A stretch of 48,530 bases of DNA from positions 1 through 48,530 of the IMG/VR virus record IMGVR_UViG_3300033489_000014; one strand, written 5' to 3'. Positions 8,549 to 18,600 of this stretch are shown here, in pieces. Under the pieces are notes generated by a model. It ran no database searches. It had not been told where the DNA came from and worked only from the letters and a program-made list of their open reading frames with translations. Position 1 is the first letter of the stretch. Each line of letters opens with the position of its first letter. The stretch comes from a virus. Its lineage: Duplodnaviria > Caudoviricetes. The position numbers were made by a program, and so were the translations under genes.

Positions 8549-9228
8549 TTACCTACAACTAACTGAGACCATAATTCCAATTTATCATTTTTTTCTAGAA
8601 GTTCTTTTTTTGTCATCCAAGAAAGTTTTTTTCCTTCATCTTTAAGATAAACCCCTTCAGATTCTTGATCACTAAAATTAACCATATATACAATTCCTAA
8701 ATGAACTTTATTTACCATAGATGATTTAGAACTACCAGCATAAAGAACCCCAAAAGGACTTAAAGAACTACTTATCAAAAGTTTTAAAGAATTTTCAGAG
8801 CCTACTGTACCAATTTCTTCAAAAAATTCTCTACGAGCTGCATTAGCTAAAGTTATGCCTAAACCGTCCAAATCAAAATCACAAATATTAACATGCCCGC
8901 CAATTCCAATAGAATAATTTCCAGTAAGTCTAGTTTCAGAACCCATTCTTTCATAAACAAAAAATTTTCTATATGATCTCAAAATAATATACGGAATAAT
9001 TTGTTTATACTTTGAGTTTTCTTCTACTAAACCTCTAGGCATAAAATAAGCACGTTTCAAACACTCTGACAACCAATCTAGGTCTTTCGAATTTTTAGTA
9101 ATCCCTTGTACCTCGAAATCTATAGAATCAAATTTAAACAGCTCTGAAAACCCGTACAAAAGGTTTTCATCAATTACTAAAACTGCTTCATTAGATTTGC
9201 TCACAATGATTTCCTTTCCTTTCTCCAT
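8539..9228 (-). CDS. Nudix-family hydrolase (COG4112-like phosphoesterase)
   Basis: KQIIPY, ETRL, SIGIGGHVN..ARREFFEEIG Nudix box, VHLG, LELWS. Confidence 0.85.
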   Translation of the reverse strand: MEKGKEIIVSKSNEAVLVIDENLLYGFSELFKFDSIDFEVQGITKNSKDLDWLSECLKRAYFMPRGLVEENSKYKQIIPYIILRSYRKFFVYERMGSETRLTGNYSIGIGGHVNICDFDLDGLGITLANAARREFFEEIGTVGSENSLKLLISSSLSPFGVLYAGSSKSSMVNKVHLGIVYMVNFSDQESEGVYLKDEGKKLSWMTKKELLEKNDKLELWSQLVVGKCL

Positions 9229-10301
9229 TTTATACTTTTACCCTTGCTTGTATGATTTCCTTCAGAATCCCATAACCCAGGAAACTTTCCAGATTTCAAA
9301 TACTCTTCCCAAGTAGGCATTCCAGAAATTAGCCGAATATCCCTCCAATCTTTTTTAAACTCTTGAAAATTTGAAGGATCACATTTTATCATAAAATATT
9401 TATTTTTCATATAATGAAATTTCCCGCGCCTTTGTGCCCCATTAGAATAAAAATAAAAACCATCTCCATTTATTTTCACAATTTTTTTCAGATCATCACT
9501 ATCTTCACTTGAAGGTAACCAACCTTTCGGAATAGCCCCATCAACAAAAACACATTCAGAACTTAATCCCAAAAATGATCTAATTTCTTTCCAAGAATCT
9601 TTTGATCTTTTCTTAAACTCTTCAATATCAGGGTCTACCCCATTAACATTCACAATTGTATTTATATTAATTTCTGCATCAGGAAAAAATCCAACAAAAA
9701 TTTTTACCTTTTCATCAAGCCAATCTAGCATATCAATTTCATTATCTCTCAAAAAATGAATTCTGTCAACAAGCTTACAATATGTTTCCAAATGATAGCC
9801 AGATCCTTTATCTTTTCTTACAACAATAGATTGAGGAATTTTAGCAACACCTTTGTACTCTATTTGAAGGTGGATATAATGAAGAATAAACTTTGCAACT
9901 TCATTTATAATTGAATTATCATTAGCATAATTTACTAATTTTTTTACCCAACTTCTAGAGCTTGTATTACAAAACAAATTAAAAATACTTGAATATTGTT
10001 CTGGTTTAGCAATAGATAAAGAAATTATGGAATACGTTTCCAAATCTATTTTAAGTTCAACAAACAAATTAAAAAGATCCAAAAACTTCTTAGAAATCTT
10101 GAAACTAAAAATAGAATTCAAATCAGGATCATCATGCCAGGGAGTAATAATAGCAATAGAAGAATAGCCAAAATAGCCCCACATAGATCTTGAATATGCT
10201 AAAAATTCCTGTCTGTTCTTATTCACAAGATCTTTAGCCTTTTGTATTTCAGAAGAATTTATTAACTTCTTTTGTTCCTCTTTTGAAATTGTAAAATCCA
10301 T
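9201..10301 (-). CDS. hypothetical protein (position compatible with a replication initiator)
   Basis: long ORF without a recognised motif, between the SNF2 helicase and the Nudix/DnaC-like genes. Confidence 0.5.
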   Translation of the reverse strand: MDFTISKEEQKKLINSSEIQKAKDLVNKNRQEFLAYSRSMWGYFGYSSIAIITPWHDDPDLNSIFSFKISKKFLDLFNLFVELKIDLETYSIISLSIAKPEQYSSIFNLFCNTSSRSWVKKLVNYANDNSIINEVAKFILHYIHLQIEYKGVAKIPQSIVVRKDKGSGYHLETYCKLVDRIHFLRDNEIDMLDWLDEKVKIFVGFFPDAEININTIVNVNGVDPDIEEFKKRSKDSWKEIRSFLGLSSECVFVDGAIPKGWLPSSEDSDDLKKIVKINGDGFYFYSNGAQRRGKFHYMKNKYFMIKCDPSNFQEFKKDWRDIRLISGMPTWEEYLKSGKFPGLWDSEGNHTSKGKSIKWRKERKSL

Positions 10302-10308
10302 AATATAT

Positions 10309-12132
10309 TTACCTCAAATAATTCAATAGATCTTGTCTTCCCATTTTTACAAGTTTCGTTGTATCAGTTGTAACAGCATCAACAAAATCTGTTTTCCCAT
10401 ACAATTTATCTTTTACAAATTCATCCATAGACCCTGGAACATCTAAAAACATAATTGTAGCCGGTTGTGAACGAATTTTATCAAGATCTGACATTTCCCG
10501 GTCAGTATTAACTCGTCTATGAATCCTATCTAAACTTTGCTGAAATTGTGTAAATGAATAGGGTCGTTCTATATAAATAGCAGTTCTGGCTCTTGCTAAA
10601 AAATCTACTCCAATACCTGCCTTTGCAGGAATACATGCAGCAATTCTTGGTCCCTCATCTGATTCAAAAGAACTTGCTAATTTCTCATTAACCTCTACTC
10701 CACCATACAATTTCATAACACCACATTTCTCATTCCATCTATCAAAAATCAAATCAACTCCTGTTCTAAATTCTGTCCAAATAACAACCTTTTGAATTGG
10801 ATCTTCAAAAATCTCTTCCAAAATATTATCCAATTCTATATATTTACATGAATCAATTCCCTCTTCGACAAATGCAGGGTGATTAAGTATTTGTCTAAGC
10901 CTTAATGTTTTAGCGCTTCCTAAAAAATCCTTAAGATTAACAAAGTCAGTTTTTAAATCGTTTCTCAAATCCCCACAAGCAGCTTTGTATAACTCCAAAT
11001 GCTTCCCTGATAAAAGAACATCTCGAATAACCTCTACTTTATCTGGAAATCCTTTTAAATCCTCTTTTGTTCTACGTATAGAAACACTTTCAATTAATGC
11101 TTTAAGCTCAGATAAATTTTTGTAGCCAATTATTTTATTGTATCGAACCTCAATTTTTTTATGTTTTGCTTTGCTATAAACCCAAGTTTTAGCAGCTTTT
11201 TTAATTGTAAAATGATTTTCAAAATGCAAAGGATCTGGCAAATACATTTCGCAAACTTTCAAAGTATTGTAAGCATTCATAGGACTTTCAGAAACTGGTG
11301 TTCCAGTCATCATAATAATTTTGGGAAGATTACCTTCCTTACTTCTTACTTCCTTCAAAATTGACATAACACATTTTGTTCTAGACGCATCAAGATTTTT
11401 ATACATATGCCATTCATCAACACAAATAAAATCAAAAGGAATCGTTTTCAAAAGCTTTGTAACAGGACTATAAATATTATTTCCCTTTCCAGATCTTGAA
11501 ACAAGATTTTCAGGATGCACTAACCCTATATTCCAATCACCTTCTTTGTTCTCACGTAAATAATTTAAAGATTTTTCACCCCCTGCAGGAATAGAAATAC
11601 TTTTAAAAAAGGTATGCTCTTTGATTTGTCTTTCAAACCCTAAAATAACATTTTTTGGACAAATGATTAAAGTCTTTCTAATATCTTTACTTGCAATAAT
11701 TGTATAAAGAAATTCAAGAGATTTTCCAATTCCCATTGCATCAAATAATCCAGAAACTCTATTATGAAGTAAATAGGAAATTCCGGTTATTTGATCTGAA
11801 TAAGCAGGCGTTTTGACCTTTCCTTCCAAAACACTTATTACAAAATCATTATGAACACCGTTTTTAATATCCTGTTTTCTTTTTTCATTTGCAAAAAATT
11901 CTTCAAAATAATTTTTTGCAGCAAAAGTCATTTCACGATCTTCATCTATGCCTAATTTATCAATTTTTTCTCTAAAAATCAAAAAATCAAAATAACTTAT
12001 AAAAAAAGAATCACGACCCTTTGAACTAGCTGACAATAAGGATCGAGCAATCAAATGCAGGTCCTTATAATAAGGGCTATTAATATCAAAGGAAAGTATA
12101 AGTCTCCCTTTGACAAAATCCAATAAAATCAT
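10309..12132 (-). CDS. SNF2-family (SF2) helicase/ATPase
   Basis: DAMGIGKS, IICPK, VDEWH, MTGTP, RRTKE, LRQILNHP, QSLDRIHR. Confidence 0.9.
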   Translation of the reverse strand: MILLDFVKGRLILSFDINSPYYKDLHLIARSLLSASSKGRDSFFISYFDFLIFREKIDKLGIDEDREMTFAAKNYFEEFFANEKRKQDIKNGVHNDFVISVLEGKVKTPAYSDQITGISYLLHNRVSGLFDAMGIGKSLEFLYTIIASKDIRKTLIICPKNVILGFERQIKEHTFFKSISIPAGGEKSLNYLRENKEGDWNIGLVHPENLVSRSGKGNNIYSPVTKLLKTIPFDFICVDEWHMYKNLDASRTKCVMSILKEVRSKEGNLPKIIMMTGTPVSESPMNAYNTLKVCEMYLPDPLHFENHFTIKKAAKTWVYSKAKHKKIEVRYNKIIGYKNLSELKALIESVSIRRTKEDLKGFPDKVEVIRDVLLSGKHLELYKAACGDLRNDLKTDFVNLKDFLGSAKTLRLRQILNHPAFVEEGIDSCKYIELDNILEEIFEDPIQKVVIWTEFRTGVDLIFDRWNEKCGVMKLYGGVEVNEKLASSFESDEGPRIAACIPAKAGIGVDFLARARTAIYIERPYSFTQFQQSLDRIHRRVNTDREMSDLDKIRSQPATIMFLDVPGSMDEFVKDKLYGKTDFVDAVTTDTTKLVKMGRQDLLNYLR

Positions 12133-12437
12133 TTCTTGATCAATCCAATTTTTCCATCTGAAATAACATTTAGAAAATCAATTAGCCTATTAAAGTCAGT
12201 AGGTGATTGATAGATCTGTTTATATGTATTTTCTAAACATTCAAAAATAGTCTCAGGATCATTCAAAACTTGTTCATCCCAATTTTTTTTATCTTCTTCA
12301 TAATCTTTTTCTGTGCTTATACAACCTTCTTCATAACCTTGTTCTGACCCCCGCTCATAAACTCTCTCAAAAATCTCTCTAATATCACTAAGAGCTTCTT
12401 CTACAATTCTTCCCATTTCATCATCATTATTAGACAT
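12129..12437 (-). CDS. hypothetical acidic protein
   Basis: ORF coupled to both neighbours; no motif beyond EQGYEEG. Confidence 0.55.
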   Translation of the reverse strand: MSNNDDEMGRIVEEALSDIREIFERVYERGSEQGYEEGCISTEKDYEEDKKNWDEQVLNDPETIFECLENTYKQIYQSPTDFNRLIDFLNVISDGKIGLIKK

Positions 12438-12440
12438 TTA

Positions 12441-13019
12441 TTACCCCTTTTCCAAAACATTTTTGTGCAACTCATTTAAAATTTTTACACCAGGAACCCT
12501 TCCACAAGGTTTCACTTCTGCACACAATCCTGGATACCATGAACAAGGTCTCATCAAAAGTTTACCCAAAATCTTGTCGAAATCATCACCATCAAAAATC
12601 AGAGCACATTTCAATTTTTCGACAAACTCTTGGGTAGATCTGTGTGATCTATAGCAAAGCCTTTTCATTGCAATGTTTATCATTGATTCAATATTAACAT
12701 CCAAATACATATTGATCAATTCACCTTGAGGTTTTAGATCTCGATCTGTATGTTCATAAATTCCTTTATCATCTCTTTGAGAATAAACATGAGGCTCAAC
12801 ACCAACATGATGACGAACCAAATGGACATGATTATAATAAGGAATATCCTCAATATATATACGGTATTTTACAGATCTTATTGAAGAATGCCTCGCAAAA
12901 CACATTTTATAAAAAGTTTCTAAAGAAGGTAACTCATGCTTAGGATCTTTTCCTCGAACTATTTTCATAGAATCCAACATATATTCAGGACCAACAGTTC
13001 TATCATAGTTCACTTTCAC
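12441..13019 (-). CDS. thyX: FAD-dependent thymidylate synthase (phage ThyX-like, short form)
   Basis: RHSSIR, HLVRHHVG..SQR (variant of RHR-x7-S), KRLC, C-terminal Cys cluster. Confidence 0.8.
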   Translation of the reverse strand: MKVNYDRTVGPEYMLDSMKIVRGKDPKHELPSLETFYKMCFARHSSIRSVKYRIYIEDIPYYNHVHLVRHHVGVEPHVYSQRDDKGIYEHTDRDLKPQGELINMYLDVNIESMINIAMKRLCYRSHRSTQEFVEKLKCALIFDGDDFDKILGKLLMRPCSWYPGLCAEVKPCGRVPGVKILNELHKNVLEKG

Positions 13020-13810
13020 TTTTGTTCTTCTTTCTCAAACAAATACAACCAACCTCGTTCTTTTGCATACTCTTTTTCTGATACTTCAAAATCCCAATCT
13101 TCCTGTTCGTCAGAATACACTTTCCATTCATGGCAAATTTCTCTTCTAGCATTATCCCGTTCTTTTACAATTTCTTTAAAGCACGAGTGCTCTTCTATAA
13201 CTTCAATTAACTCTCCATTATAAAATTGTGCATTAACTGTAGAATTTGCATATGCCAAATCTCTTAATTTATTCCATATTGTGTAAGACTCTACATTTTC
13301 ATTTTCTATTTTTTCTTTTTGTTTTTTAATCCCTCCATTTTTAACAGGCATAGTAACTGAATTCTCTTCTTCTAAAGCTTCCTTACAATATTCTTTCTTA
13401 AGCAAAGCAGTAATACTATTTCTAATATTTTCAACACGCCTAAGCCAACCATTATAATCAAAAACTTTTGAAACTAAAAGATCCTCTACATTCAAAATAA
13501 CCTCTTTTTGCTCCGCAGAAAGCTCACGATGGGAAGAAATTAAATCTCCTGCACAAATAGGGTTTGCATCTTCATTATCAATATTATCTAAATACAAAAC
13601 ATAATTATCCAAATACCATAAAGATTTTTCAAGATCTAATTTTCCATTTTTATTTTTGTATCTAAAAACATATTTGACAATATTAGCAAGCAAAGACTCT
13701 AAAACATTGTACTTAAAAAAATCAATTGGTTGAACCTCGCCAAAATAATGTCCAGAATTTCCCGGAGCATTTCTATCGCCTTGTCTAATCATCTCACTAT
13801 TTTTCTTCAT
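13016..13810 (-). CDS. DUF3310 (SaV-like) domain protein with C-terminal extension
   Basis: HY..VQPIDF..NIVKYVFRYKNKNGKLDLEKSLWYL; start placed at ATG 13810 behind SD GAGGAGG. Confidence 0.8.
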   Translation of the reverse strand: MKKNSEMIRQGDRNAPGNSGHYFGEVQPIDFFKYNVLESLLANIVKYVFRYKNKNGKLDLEKSLWYLDNYVLYLDNIDNEDANPICAGDLISSHRELSAEQKEVILNVEDLLVSKVFDYNGWLRRVENIRNSITALLKKEYCKEALEEENSVTMPVKNGGIKKQKEKIENENVESYTIWNKLRDLAYANSTVNAQFYNGELIEVIEEHSCFKEIVKERDNARREICHEWKVYSDEQEDWDFEVSEKEYAKERGWLYLFEKEEQK

Positions 13811-13868
13811 TTCAAACCTCCTCAACATCTTTATACTCAGGAACTATAAAAATTTGGACTCAGAATTA

Positions 13869-14084
13869 CTATTTACAATTAATATCACTTAAAGAATTCA
13901 AATTAAAAAAATTTGGACAATAACCAAATCTAGAAACTTCCTCATCAGCACCCTCAAAACTACAAAATAAAAAATAACCCTCAAATTCTTCCAATAATTT
14001 AAAGACATCGACATTGTCAAGAAACACTTTACGAGAATACGAGCAATTAAAACAAGTATCGCATTTTTTATACCCTTCAATCAT
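13869..14084 (-). CDS. small Cys-rich hypothetical protein
   Basis: CDTCFNC..FC..YCPNF; directly downstream of the exonuclease-UDG gene. Confidence 0.55.
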   Translation of the reverse strand: MIEGYKKCDTCFNCSYSRKVFLDNVDVFKLLEEFEGYFLFCSFEGADEEVSRFGYCPNFFNLNSLSDINCK

Positions 14085-14086
14085 TT

Positions 14087-15610
14087 TTATCTCCTCTCAT
14101 CCAAAAATTCCCTCATTTTCTTTCCACCATATCTAAAAACTGTTTCATTTGCAATACTTCTCAACGCTGCTGAAGGATGAACTACAATTCCTACAAATGC
14201 TTTTATTTTCCCAATCATCCCAACAGGATTTTCTAAAATTTCTCCACAATGTGCTGTTACACCCCCTTTATAAGGCGTTAGCAAACTCATTGCCTCATTC
14301 CCAAAACACAGGATAAACTTTGGCTGCACCAAATTAATCTCAGCCCTTAAAAAAGGAGCACATGCCATAATTTCACCAAAAGTAGGTGGACGATTATTAA
14401 TTGAATAGCACTTGCAAGTATTCGTAATCCAGCACTCTTCCCTTGAAATCCCAACAAACTCAAGAAATTTATCCAACCTTTTTCCAGCCTTTCCAACAAA
14501 GGGAATTCCTTGTTCAAGCTCATCCTTTCCAGGATTCCTTCCTACAATCATAATTTCAGCATTAGATTTTCCCTGTGCTAAAGTTGGTCCTTTATCTTCA
14601 CAAAACGACCTTAACGTACAATCTGAACAGTTCTTTACAGATTTATCAACTAAACGAAGTGTAGACAGGTCTGTAGGCGTTTTCTTTTGAAGATAGGGTA
14701 GCACTCCAATAACTTCATTACCAAGGCTAGAAACCCCCTTCCCGTTCGTTACAGACAATCCTAATAAATCTCCTAGTATTTGAGAGGTCATTTCGTCAAA
14801 TTTATCCGTTTGAAGAACCTTTTCCCTAAGTTTAATTGCTTCCTCATTGTTCAAATATGAGACAAATTCGTCAATTCTAGGAAGCTTAACAAGTTGGTAG
14901 CAAAACTCTGCTTCCTCGAAATCCTTGGCGATTTTATCACATTTCTTGCTCTTTGTCAACTTCTGAAAATCTTCCAAATTTGACAAAGTCTCAATTCCGC
15001 CAAATTCTTCGAGAATTTTCAATGCTGATTTTTCGCCTAAGCCCTTAATACCCTTCAAATTATCTGAAGAATCACCCGCAATACTTTTAAAATCAGCAAT
15101 ACTATTGGGTAAAATTCCTAAAACTTCCTTGACATTTTCTTCTTTTATTACCTTATCCAAAAGAGGATCAAAAAGGAACACTTTCCCATCTATCAATTGC
15201 CAAAGATCATGATCAGAACTTGCTATAATTACTTGATCATATTCAAGAATCTTTGAAAAATAATCTGAAAAAAATGCTATAAGATCATCTGCCTCAACGC
15301 CATAAACAGAAATATTTCGAACTCCACAAGCGTTTAAATAGTCTATTGCTCGTGACCTTTGTTCAAATACTTCTTGTAAATCTATTTCCTCTTTTTTAGC
15401 AACCCTTTGAGCCTTATATTCCGGAAACCATGTCGAACGCCACCTTGGTCTCCCATCATCCCAAAAAATTATGACCTTATTCGTGTCAAACTTATTGAAA
15501 ACCTTAAAGAAAAAATTGACAATATCTTCGGCAACAAATTGCTCAGACTTTTTGGAATAAACTGATCTCCAAACGAACGGGTTACCATCAATTAAAACTA
15601 TAGATTCCAT
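14087..15610 (-). CDS. fusion: 5'-3' exonuclease/flap endonuclease (PolI N-terminal type) plus family-4-like uracil-DNA glycosylase
   Basis: LIDGN, EYKAQR, EADDLI, SSDHDLWQL, GDSSDNLKGIKGLGEK; then CSDCTLR, GRNPG, GIPFVGKAG, TNTCKC, NRPPT, HPSAALR. Confidence 0.9.
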   Translation of the reverse strand: MESIVLIDGNPFVWRSVYSKKSEQFVAEDIVNFFFKVFNKFDTNKVIIFWDDGRPRWRSTWFPEYKAQRVAKKEEIDLQEVFEQRSRAIDYLNACGVRNISVYGVEADDLIAFFSDYFSKILEYDQVIIASSDHDLWQLIDGKVFLFDPLLDKVIKEENVKEVLGILPNSIADFKSIAGDSSDNLKGIKGLGEKSALKILEEFGGIETLSNLEDFQKLTKSKKCDKIAKDFEEAEFCYQLVKLPRIDEFVSYLNNEEAIKLREKVLQTDKFDEMTSQILGDLLGLSVTNGKGVSSLGNEVIGVLPYLQKKTPTDLSTLRLVDKSVKNCSDCTLRSFCEDKGPTLAQGKSNAEIMIVGRNPGKDELEQGIPFVGKAGKRLDKFLEFVGISREECWITNTCKCYSINNRPPTFGEIMACAPFLRAEINLVQPKFILCFGNEAMSLLTPYKGGVTAHCGEILENPVGMIGKIKAFVGIVVHPSAALRSIANETVFRYGGKKMREFLDERR

Positions 15611-15616
15611 TTTTTG

Positions 15617-15645
15617 AGGATATTTTAAAAAATAAAAAAAGTCAA
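15617..15645 (-). promoter_or_regulatory. sigma70-like promoter, probably leaderless, heading the replication block
   Basis: TTGACT-17 bp-TATCCT; ATG begins 7 nt after the -10; no SD. Confidence 0.6.
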
Positions 15646-15652
15646 GAAAAAA

Positions 15653-18600
15653 CTAAAAAGAAGCCAGGGCATACGTAGGTCCAGGAGTCCAGGTATCCAT
15701 AGTATTAGTAGTGTTCGTATAAGTATTAGCACTTAACAAAATTTTTGGAACATCGCCGTTAGTAGGTGCTGAATTGTATAGAGACACATAATTGTACAAA
15801 ACAGTAATAGACCCTGCTAAATTATTACCACAATATAATTCGTATCGAGTATCTCCAGCTTCATTTGATCCTGCAATGACATTACTTATTATAGTACCCC
15901 GCAAATTAAGAACAACCGCAACTGGAACGTAATAAATACCGTGAGATAAAGAGGGGGTTGTAGTACCTATTCCTTGACCAGAGTTGTCTATATGACAATC
16001 TCGGACTATCCAATTATCTCTCGGACAACTCATATAAATATGATACGCTTGACCCCCGCCCGAAATGCTTCCATAGGCTTGGTGAGTTTTAATTCCAGAA
16101 ATAGTAAACCTACAACAACCTAGAGCTAAACAGATGTTCGCACTTTCCTGATATAAAGCAGATAAAGGAAAAGCCTCTGCAGAAAAAACATCAATATAAT
16201 TATTAGAAAGAATAAAATCATCCTGATATTCATTGACTAAAATTCCAAAAACACCATAATGTGTAGTATCTATAGCATAATAAGTGTTTGAATTATAACC
16301 TTCAACATATATAGTATTCCCATCAACTGTGGATTGTAGTAAAACAGGGAAATACATTCCAACAGACAAAGTATGCACGGTATTTGCACTTACTACCGCT
16401 CTTTTACAACAACCATAAATTCCAGTAAAAGGAGCGGCTAAAGTATTATTAGAAATAGACATATCATAATAACCATATTCATTATCTATAAAAATACAAT
16501 CTCCAACATCTCCACTATGTTCAGGAGTGATAATGATAGAATTATTATCAATTTTTACCATACTCACATATCTATTATCAGTACTAGCACCTTCTTCAGA
16601 AAAACAATTTATACCTCGAACAATATTTGGAGAATTGTAATAGCTATACAAGTAAATATCATTATCACTAATGTCAACATTAGTAACTTTTCCTAAATGT
16701 GTTGGAAAAAGCCCATTTTTAGTATACAAATTAATTCCAAAAACATCATGATTAGCCGTACAAGTAAAATTAGAAAGTTTATTTCTTGACATACTAATAT
16801 TGTATATAACAGATGGAGAAGAGATAGAAGTAGAAACATATGTTTGAATACCGTAAGTGTTTCCCGTCGTTTGTAAATTTACAAGAGTATCTATCACGTT
16901 ATCTTCTATATAAATATTTTTTACAGAAGTCAATGCATCATTGTAAACAATTACATATATACCTTGAAGAGTAGAGGAGAATACAGGATCAGCAACTGCA
17001 GATTTATAAAGACTCCCAATATAATTATTAACAATTCTCAAACCAGTAATCGTATTAGCAATTGTTCCGTCTGTATCAGCCTTTGCAGCAATCCCGCAAG
17101 AAAAACACCAACCAATTGCGTTATTTGAAACAACAATTTCCTCGAAACTTCCTGAATCTACACCCACATCTGCCCCAATCCAAATTCCAACTGCCATAAA
17201 ACCTATTACATTCTCACTAACAACTACACTACCAGAATTATTTACGCATATTCCTACACCATTTACAGAAGTAGATCCTGTTTTTCTGGACACTACATTT
17301 CCAACAAGAGATACATTAGTACAATCCTTTAAATAAATACCATACTCTTTAGCAGCAGAACTGCTATTATCAATGTATATATTATTATTAGATAAACTAA
17401 ATTTCCCACTATTTTGAACATCAATGCAAGGACTGAGAGTGTCATTATCTTTATAAAAAGTATTTTTATAAATGTTAGATTCATAAAGATTTTTCGCTAT
17501 AAGCAACGCAGTAGAAACATTATAAGAAGAAGAATTAACATAATTGTTATAAAAATTAAATCTATAAAAGGTCCCTGTAGGCGTACTAAAAATACCATTA
17601 TCTGTAAATATTTTACACTCTTTAATGGTAACATCGTCTGCACTAGTACCTAACGATGCAAAATAACCATTAGTGCTAGAAAAATTACAATTTTCTATAA
17701 TTACGTTTGTTTTAAATCTAAATAAAGAACAGGGCGCAAACGTCCTACAATAAACCCCAGACACTTTAGACCCATTAGCTAATATCCATATTCCTGTATA
17801 ATCCCCAGAAACTGCACCATAAACAGCACGATCAGCATTCTGCGATCCTATTACATTTACATAAACTGGTTGAGTAACTGGTCTATATATATAAACATTT
17901 CCTACTATTTTTAAATCTATATGCCCATGAATACCGCCTAAACCGTACATTTGTGAATAGAAAGTTGCATAAGCAAACGCAGAATCAAAATTGTCAAATG
18001 CAGCAACACAAGTAATTCTAGAACCAACAGACCAATCATCTACTAAATAACCAATTCCACGAGAAATATCATATGAACTAGCAGGAATAATAGCTCCACC
18101 AGCAGTTGTAATAATTCTTAAGAGAACACCCCTTTCTGGAGTATACATTCCAACACCTTCGTAAACCGATTGATTTTCAACATCTAAATTTTTTGAATAC
18201 CCACAAACCCACTCAATAGCAATTGCTAAACTACTACTAAAAGGCGCTGCAGAAAAATCATCAATATGTAAAACACCTAAATAATCCAACCATAAAATAC
18301 TCGTTTGATTATCAGGCAATAAAATATTTTCCCCTAAATACTCAAGACGTTTACCTTTACAATAATAGTTTCCCCCCAAAAGATGAATAGACAAACCCCC
18401 CAAAGAAGAAAATTCAAAACTTCCTGTAGAATCTCTCCCTAAAAGTAAACCTGAATAATTTAATTCAGAAGTTGTATCATATATTAAGCTGTTCAAAAAA
18501 CTATCTGCTAATTGATCAGTGCCTAATGTTCCCCAAGAACGATTATCAACATAGCTGCGAAGAACACCATAGGGCGGATAACCTATACTCCCCCTTGGAA

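Noticed and set aside
13868-13881. 14-bp match actatttacaatta with 4921..4934 (three ORFs end in NCK-stop)
   Set aside because: AT-rich and short; the 71-aa protein does not share the rest of the zinc motif, so chance is plausible.
13898-14080. Alternative-frame minus ORFs (also 30094..30285, 41084..41395, 45640..45843)
   Set aside because: Nested in better-supported genes in another frame, with no independent evidence.
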